IMG/VR virus record: IMGVR_UViG_3300043399_000524
Span: 75,308-139,307 of that record
Length of the DNA: 64,000 nt
Reading direction: 5' to 3' (one strand)
Source: a virus
This document shows, piece by piece, positions 58,104-64,000 of the stretch. The notes beneath the pieces are model-generated. The model saw nothing but the letters and a program-made list of their open reading frames with translations. It made no database searches and was not told the origin of the DNA. Made by a program: the position numbers and the translations under genes. Numbering within the stretch: position 1 is the stretch's first letter; every line of letters begins with the position of its first letter.

Positions 58104-58541
58104 ATGAAAAAAATAATAACAACAATTTTAATGCTAGTATCACTAACTGCTTTTGCACAAAAACAACCACAAGGTGTAACTTATGATGCACAAATCGTTC
58201 GAGTAAATGACGGGGACACTATAGTCATTTCAGCACCCTTTCTACCAGCACCATTAAAGCCAGAATTAGCTGTAAGGGTTTTTGGTGTTGATACTCCAGA
58301 AAAAGGATTCAGAGCTAAATGTCCTCAAGAAGATGCCAAAGGACAAGCAGCTACAAAATTCACTAAAGATGCAGTAGCAGCAGCACAAAAACGCCAAGTT
58401 GTATTATATGATTGGGATAAGTTCGGTGGTCGTGTGTTAGGAGATATTATTCTTAACGGACAAAGTTTACGTACCATGTTGATTCAAAACGGCTATGCCC
58501 GAGCATATTTCGGGGAAGCTAAACAGAGTTGGTGTAATTGA
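58104..58541 (+). CDS. Thermonuclease (SNase fold) with signal peptide
   Basis: MKKIITTILMLVSLTAFA signal; RVNDGDT, VRVFGVDTPE, DKFGGRVLG, GYARAY. Confidence 0.9.
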   Translation: MKKIITTILMLVSLTAFAQKQPQGVTYDAQIVRVNDGDTIVISAPFLPAPLKPELAVRVFGVDTPEKGFRAKCPQEDAKGQAATKFTKDAVAAAQKRQVVLYDWDKFGGRVLGDIILNGQSLRTMLIQNGYARAYFGEAKQSWCN

Positions 58542-58553
58542 TAAATATATATT

Positions 58554-59261
58554 ATGCGTTATACAGAATTTGTTACCGAACGAAAAAAGTCTAAAAAGAA
58601 AAGAAGTAAAAAATTAAGAAATTACTTCTTTCCTGGTTATGGATATTATGGTGTATTTGGTTCAGGTGAAGATTCTGGTGGCGATGGTGGCGGTGAAAGT
58701 GTTAATGAATCACCCGAAATAGAGTTAAGGAAGCGTTTGCCCTCCTTAAAGAAACATGATCGTACAACCATTGATGATCTGGTTCGTAAAGTTGCTTATA
58801 AACACAAAATATCTCACAAAGCCCTTGATGATTTATTTCAACGAACTTATAAAAAAACACCCTCTGATTGGATCAAAAATAAACTCGACGAAACTGACAA
58901 TGTAGAATGTGATTTAGAAAAAGAAATCGACAAATTTGCACAATGGACAGCTAAACGACTTAATCTTAAAAAAATTCCAAAGATAATACTTAGCCAAGAC
59001 ACTGAGGAAGCACAAACGAATCACCATACTGGAAGCCATCACATGGGTTCACACACAGTTTGGGTATACGCTAAGAACCGCAATTTGGTAGATATCCTTA
59101 GAACCGTTTTCCATGAATTAGTTCACGTAAGACAAGACGAATTGGGTATGATTAAGCCAGGTGACAGTTATCCCGGTAGCCCAATTGAAGCTATGGCAGA
59201 CATGTTAGCTGGAAAATTCATCAAAATTTACGGTGAAAAGAACCATCACATCTTTCAATAA
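58554..59261 (+). CDS. Zn-metallopeptidase-like multi-module protein with capsid-targeting-like N-terminus
   Basis: MRYTEFVTE; basic RKKSKKKRSKK; RTVFHELVHVRQ (HExxH) and downstream Glu in IEAMAD. Confidence 0.7.
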   Translation: MRYTEFVTERKKSKKKRSKKLRNYFFPGYGYYGVFGSGEDSGGDGGGESVNESPEIELRKRLPSLKKHDRTTIDDLVRKVAYKHKISHKALDDLFQRTYKKTPSDWIKNKLDETDNVECDLEKEIDKFAQWTAKRLNLKKIPKIILSQDTEEAQTNHHTGSHHMGSHTVWVYAKNRNLVDILRTVFHELVHVRQDELGMIKPGDSYPGSPIEAMADMLAGKFIKIYGEKNHHIFQ

Positions 59262-59284
59262 TTGTTAATCTGTGCTATAATAGC

Positions 59285-59881
59285 ATGATGATTAAACTAT
59301 TGGTCCCGTTACCCAAACAAGTCACTGTTGCATGTAGCGGTGGAGTGGATAGTATGGCTGTGGTTGACTTTCTAAAACGAAAGCACGATGTAACAATTGC
59401 TTACTTTCATCACGGTACAGAACACGGCGAAGAAGCATTCAAGTTTGTTGCAAATTATTGCACAGACCACAACTTGCCCATAATGTTCGGGACTATTCCT
59501 ATTGAAGAACGAACCAAAGATGAATCACAAGAAGAATACTGGCGCAGAAAACGCTATGATTTTCTGAGCAAGTGTGGGCCAGTTATCACTTGTCATCATT
59601 TGGATGATTGTGTAGAAACATATATTTGGTCAGCGTTACATGGCACACCCAAAGTGATTCCCATGATTCGTAACAATGTATTGCGCCCATTCTTAACTAC
59701 ACGCAAAGAAGAATTCAAGTCTTGGTGCTTGCGTCACAATGTACCTTGGATTGAGGATCAATCAAATCAGGATACCAAATACATGCGTAACTATGTCCGT
59801 AATATGTTAATGCCACATGCATTACACGTTAACCCAGGCTTGCATACGCTCGTCCGTAAAATAGTTGAAAAAACTAGATAA
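59285..59881 (+). CDS. tilS: tRNA(Ile)-lysidine synthase-like PP-loop protein (minimal)
   Basis: ACSGGVDSM, RRKRYDFL, HHLDDCVET, RPFL, WIEDQSN...RNYVR; extended -10 TGCTATAAT upstream. Confidence 0.85.
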   Translation: MMIKLLVPLPKQVTVACSGGVDSMAVVDFLKRKHDVTIAYFHHGTEHGEEAFKFVANYCTDHNLPIMFGTIPIEERTKDESQEEYWRRKRYDFLSKCGPVITCHHLDDCVETYIWSALHGTPKVIPMIRNNVLRPFLTTRKEEFKSWCLRHNVPWIEDQSNQDTKYMRNYVRNMLMPHALHVNPGLHTLVRKIVEKTR

Positions 59882-60635
59882 TTAGTTTCCAACCACGATG
59901 CGAGATCGCCTTCCTTTTAATCAACCTACATACTAGTACTTTACTTAGATTATATTTTTTAATAAAATCATATCTTGTTAGTGTCTCACGTATTCCGGAG
60001 TCGTGAACCCAATTATATAATGTGTGGTCAAAACTTGAATTGTTACTGCCAGTCGTTACACTACTCATTAATTGTCTGAATTCCGTTGTTGATGTTGCCA
60101 ATCTTAGTCCATCTAATCTTTTCTTCCTGACAACCGGATTCTTCCACGAAGAAGTTGTCATTTTCTTGTTTTTTTCTTTATAGTCCGAGTCGTTTTTTAA
60201 TATAGTTTGTTGCGAACTCATTTTTTCTTTGGCCTCAGGAGTACCCAATGCTTTTTTGATTGCGTTACCTCTTTTGATTTTTACTTGAGGATCACTCCAA
60301 CTATCTCTTAATTTTTGTTTGGATATTTCAGAGAATTCTGTCTGGCCGCCAGCAGTTTCTGGTATTATATTGGCCCATATTTTATTCCCATAATCATCCA
60401 CTGAAGTTGTTATTCTCCATAGATTGCTGTAATATCTGCCGATATCGCTTAATTCTTGTTTATTTGATGTAACGAATATGATTTCTGTCCGAATGGAAGT
60501 TCCGTGTATTTTTAGGTGCTTGATCCAATCGAGACCAGATCCTAAATATTTATGTGGATTTTTCTTTTTAGTTTGACACAAATATTTCAACCCAGTAATA
60601 TTATGGGTCTTAATCATCAAATAATAAATAGTCAT
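59874..60635 (-). CDS. GIY-YIG-like homing endonuclease (paralog of 54513)
   Basis: MTIYYLMIKTHNITGLKYLCQT...YLGSG; NIIPETAGG; C-terminal HTH ending GWKL. Confidence 0.8.
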   Translation of the reverse strand: MTIYYLMIKTHNITGLKYLCQTKKKNPHKYLGSGLDWIKHLKIHGTSIRTEIIFVTSNKQELSDIGRYYSNLWRITTSVDDYGNKIWANIIPETAGGQTEFSEISKQKLRDSWSDPQVKIKRGNAIKKALGTPEAKEKMSSQQTILKNDSDYKEKNKKMTTSSWKNPVVRKKRLDGLRLATSTTEFRQLMSSVTTGSNNSSFDHTLYNWVHDSGIRETLTRYDFIKKYNLSKVLVCRLIKRKAISHRGWKLII

Positions 60636-60704
60636 GCTGATTGCTCCCTTAAAGCGTTAGAGTAGTTGGGAATTCCCGTTCCGCGAACTACACTATTATT
60701 TATA
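60633..60704 (-). ncRNA. Conserved structured endonuclease leader, copy 4
   Basis: Minus strand: TATAAATAATAGT GTAGTT CGC GGAA CGGGAA TTCC C AACTAC TCTAA CGCT TTAAGGG AGCA ATCAGC ATG. Confidence 0.75.
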
Positions 60705-60767
60705 CCAAAGATATAGTTTTTTAGATTTAACTTCTATATAATAAGTACTTTATAGGAGAAACACATT

Positions 60768-61034
60768 ATGTCAGATTATAACCGCACATTTAATAACGAA
60801 GCCAAAATCAAATTAACACAACTTGTTAATGAGGGCATCGCAACACTACACGAAATTGATACACTATCCGGTGGACTCAATGACACAATCAAAGCAGTTG
60901 CCGAAGAATTAGAGATTAAGGCTTCTACATTAAAGAAGGCAATCAAAATCGCACACAAAGCAAGTTTGGGTCAGACTAACAAAGATCATGATGAATTAAA
61001 CACAATTCTTGAAACTGTGGGCAAGACTCTGTGA
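60768..61034 (+). CDS. DsbA/GapR-like dsDNA-binding protein
   Basis: 88-aa helical protein: KLTQLVNE...L..I......DTIKAVAEEL.I....LKKAIKIAHK. Confidence 0.6.
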   Translation: MSDYNRTFNNEAKIKLTQLVNEGIATLHEIDTLSGGLNDTIKAVAEELEIKASTLKKAIKIAHKASLGQTNKDHDELNTILETVGKTL

Positions 61035-61324
61035 CTGAAATGTTATCAGGAGTATTAGCTTGGATTAAAGAGGATTGGAAAAGTAACCCACTACGTTGTT
61101 TTCTCGAAATCTTAGCATGGGCACTGAGTATTGGTTGCAGTTTTACAATGATGCTCACCGTTCCTAATCCCCCGTTTTTAATTTTATACCCATTATTTAT
61201 TTTGCAATGTGCAATATTTGCATGGGCAGCGTGGACTCGAAAGAGTTCCGGTATGCTTGCTAATTACTTACTACTTGTTACAATAGATTCAATTGCACTG
61301 ATGAGGATGATTATTAACCCATGA
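61031..61324 (+). CDS. Small membrane protein
   Basis: GTG start; hydrophobic helices. Confidence 0.6.
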   Translation: MTEMLSGVLAWIKEDWKSNPLRCFLEILAWALSIGCSFTMMLTVPNPPFLILYPLFILQCAIFAWAAWTRKSSGMLANYLLLVTIDSIALMRMIINP

Positions 61325-64000
61325 GTTATGTAGATGCTATCCATGATAGAGATAGTGATAGAATCTTTGTAGTCGAAAGAGGTCAAGACCAAAAGCGACA
61401 TTACAAAGAGTATCCAGCCAACTATACTTTTTACTACACTGATCCCAAAGGTAAACATCGTAGTATTTTCAATGAGCCTGTAAGTCGTTTTAGTACTCGC
61501 AAACGAAGTGAATTCGAAAAAGAGCGTAGAATTCATGCAGGTAAGAAACTCTATGAAAGTGATGTTAACCCTGTTTTTAGGTGCCTCAGCGAAAATTATC
61601 TAGGTGTTGACTCACCAAAACTTCACACATGCTTTTTCGACATTGAGGTTGACTTTGATCCTGTTAAAGGATTTAGTCCTACCAGCGATCCATTCAATCC
61701 AGTTACAGCAATCAGTATGTATTTGGATTGGCAAGATACACTTGTAACACTGTGCGTTCCTCCCAAACACATGACCAGTGAAACAGCACAAGAAATTGTA
61801 AGCTGTTTTGAAAACACAATTGTTTTTAATTCGGAAAAAGAAATGTTTGATACATTCTTTCAACTAATTGAAGATGCTGATGTGTTAACTGGTTGGAACT
61901 CAGAAGGATATGATATACCTTACATGGTCAATCGTGTCACAAGAGTTATGAGTAAAGATGATACAAGAAAATTCTGTTTGCTTGGTCAACTTCCCAAACC
62001 AAGAACATACGAACGTTTCGGTAAAGAAGAAACTACTTATGACTTGATTGGTCGTATTCACATGGACTATTTGCAGTTGTATAAGAAGTACAACTATGAA
62101 AGTCGCCACAGTTACAAACTTGACTTCATCGGTGAAATGGAAGTCGGTGAGAACAAAACACAGTATGAAGGTACTCTTGACCAATTGTATAACAAGGACT
62201 GGCAAAAGTTCTTAGAATACAACAGACAAGATACTATGCTGTTGGTTAAGATTCATAACAAATTAAAGTTTTTGGATCTTGCTAACGCACTAGCACATGA
62301 AAATACTGTGTTGTTACCCACTGTTATGGGTTCTGTTGCTATGATTGAAATGGCAATTATGAACGAGTCGCATGAACGTGGATTAGTGGTTCCAGATAAA
62401 AAACGAAAGGACGATAGAAATGAAGATGAACAACAAGCGGCAGGTGCCTATGTTGCTACGCCCAAAAGAGGTATGCACGAGTGGGTCGGAGCAGTCGATA
62501 TCAACAGTCTCTATCCCTCGACTATTCGTGCCCTCAACATGGCACCAGAAACAATCGTTGCCCAAGTCAGACAAACACTCACCGACCAGTACATGAAAGA
62601 AAGGGGCGCTAAACTTGCCCGTGAAAAAAAGTACTATAAAGAAGGTGACGATGATGTAACCGGCGCAATCTTGTGGGAAGGATTGTTTGGTTCATTAGAA
62701 TATACAGCAGTCATGAACCAAGAGCGCGGCACTATTCTTACTGTTGACTATGAAGATGGTCGCAGTGAAGAAATGAGTGCAGCAGAAATCTGGAAACTTG
62801 TATTTGATAGTCATAAGCCCTGGATGCTCAGTGCGAATGGTACCATCTTTACTTACGAAAAAGAAGGTGTGATTCCTGGTCTACTTACACGTTGGTATAC
62901 AGAACGTAAGAGTATTCAGAAGCAAGCAAAAGAGGCATATGGAACTGACATGTATGAATATTACGATAAGCGTCAGTTGGTTCGTAAAATTTTGCTTAAC
63001 AGTGCATATGGTGCTCTGTTGAATGAACACTGTCGTTTTTATGATAAGCGCATTGGTCAGTCTGTTACATTGTCTGGTCGTCAAATTGTTAAACATATGA
63101 TGAGCCAAATCAATAGTGTTGTAACTGGTGAATATAATCACGATGGTCCCGCTATTGTTTATGGTGATACTGACAGTTGTTATTTCAGTGCGTATACTAC
63201 ACTGAAACCTCAGATTGATGCAGGTGAGTTAGAGTGGAACAAAGAAGTTTGTATTGGTCTGTATGATTCAATCGCAGAAGAAGCAAACAGTAGTTTCCCT
63301 CAATTCTTAGAGAAAGCATTTCACGCTCCTCGCAAGAATGGTGAAATTATCAAAGCTGGTCGAGAACTGATTGGTGATCGTAGTATCTTTATTACTAAAA
63401 AACGTTATGCTATCAATATCTTTGATAAAGAAGGTAAGCGTAAAGATAAAGATGGTCAACTAGGTGATATCAAGGCTATGGGTCTTGACTTGAAACGTGC
63501 TGATACTCCTAAATACGTACAAGAATTCTTAATGGATGTTTTGTCAATGGTCTTGCAATACGGTAAAGGTCGTGAAGATGTTATTGAGCGAGTGAAAGAT
63601 TTCAAGCGCACAATGGCAGCACAAGAGAGTTGGACTAAGGGTTCTCCTAAATCAGTCAACAACTTAACTAAGCATACACAAGTGTTTGAGAAGACAGGTA
63701 AGTGTGGTGTTGGTCATGCTCGTGCTGCTATCAATTGGAATTATTTGCGAAGGATGAACAGCGATAACTATAGCCAATCTATCGTTGATGGTATGAAAAT
63801 CATTGTTTGTAAGCTGAAGCCAAATCCACTTGGGTTCACTTCAATTGCATATCCAACTGATGAATTACGACTGCCAACATGGTTCAAAGAGTTACCGTTT
63901 GATGATGACGCTATGGAATCTACATTGGTTGACGAAAAGATTGATAACTTGTTAGGTGTCTTGGATTGGGACATTAAGAGTAATATCGATGTTAAGTCAA
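61321..64000 (+). CDS. Family B DNA polymerase (3'-partial; absent from ORF track)
   Basis: In-frame at all positions checked: ExoI FDIEVD, ExoII GWNSEGYDIPY, motif A DINSLYPS, motif B KILLNSAYG, motif C YGDTDS, KKRYA. Confidence 0.97.
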   Translation, partial: MSYVDAIHDRDSDRIFVVERGQDQKRHYKEYPANYTFYYTDPKGKHRSIFNEPVSRFSTRKRSEFEKERRIHAGKKLYESDVNPVFRCLSENYLGVDSPKLHTCFFDIEVDFDPVKGFSPTSDPFNPVTAISMYLDWQDTLVTLCVPPKHMTSETAQEIVSCFENTIVFNSEKEMFDTFFQLIEDADVLTGWNSEGYDIPYMVNRVTRVMSKDDTRKFCLLGQLPKPRTYERFGKEETTYDLIGRIHMDYLQLYKKYNYESRHSYKLDFIGEMEVGENKTQYEGTLDQLYNKDWQKFLEYNRQDTMLLVKIHNKLKFLDLANALAHENTVLLPTVMGSVAMIEMAIMNESHERGLVVPDKKRKDDRNEDEQQAAGAYVATPKRGMHEWVGAVDINSLYPSTIRALNMAPETIVAQVRQTLTDQYMKERGAKLAREKKYYKEGDDDVTGAILWEGLFGSLEYTAVMNQERGTILTVDYEDGRSEEMSAAEIWKLVFDSHKPWMLSANGTIFTYEKEGVIPGLLTRWYTERKSIQKQAKEAYGTDMYEYYDKRQLVRKILLNSAYGALLNEHCRFYDKRIGQSVTLSGRQIVKHMMSQINSVVTGEYNHDGPAIVYGDTDSCYFSAYTTLKPQIDAGELEWNKEVCIGLYDSIAEEANSSFPQFLEKAFHAPRKNGEIIKAGRELIGDRSIFITKKRYAINIFDKEGKRKDKDGQLGDIKAMGLDLKRADTPKYVQEFLMDVLSMVLQYGKGREDVIERVKDFKRTMAAQESWTKGSPKSVNNLTKHTQVFEKTGKCGVGHARAAINWNYLRRMNSDNYSQSIVDGMKIIVCKLKPNPLGFTSIAYPTDELRLPTWFKELPFDDDAMESTLVDEKIDNLLGVLDWDIKSNIDVKS

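Noticed and set aside
21006-60704. The four leader copies as CRISPR repeats or as an OMEGA/HEARO guide RNA
   Set aside because: Copies are dispersed rather than arrayed, only ~70 nt long, include the RBS, and have no obvious variable guide segment; the nucleases lack RuvC/IscB features
61321-64000. Intein or intron in PolB (also checked ClpA, clamp loader, PhoH)
   Set aside because: Motif spacing and lengths are normal; no intein N/C-terminal signatures or frame breaks seen

Overview
AT-rich 64-kb segment of a large T4-like (contractile-tailed) dsDNA bacteriophage. It holds a virion morphogenesis region (tail fibres, neck gp13/gp14/gp15-like genes, tail sheath, tail tube, gp4-like head-completion nuclease, GH19 lysin, holin-like genes) interleaved with sigma70-promoter operons of host-like genes (DnaE fragment, GroES, YccA/BI-1, clamp loader, PhoH, DnaJ, ClpA-like ATPase, TilS, Dps, GATase, thermonuclease). 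It ends in a family B DNA polymerase that runs off the 3' end. Late genes are preceded by a T4-like (G)ATAAATA box. Two features stand out. (1) Four free-standing homing-endonuclease-like genes (one HNH, three GIY-YIG-like) share a ~70-nt leader made of a late promoter, a covarying two-stem hairpin and an RBS hairpin. (2) A cluster at ~44.7-59.3 kb encodes multi-module proteins with T4-like capsid-targeting N-termini and Glu-delimited linkers (with a DNA-conserved (Q/E)GV(A/S)E junction), carrying nucleotidyltransferase, ADP-ribosyltransferase-like, GNAT, kinase-like and metallopeptidase modules; these are plausibly head-packaged, protease-processed effectors. All product calls come from motif recognition by eye; no database searches were run. 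No tRNA, CRISPR array, intein or reverse transcriptase was seen.
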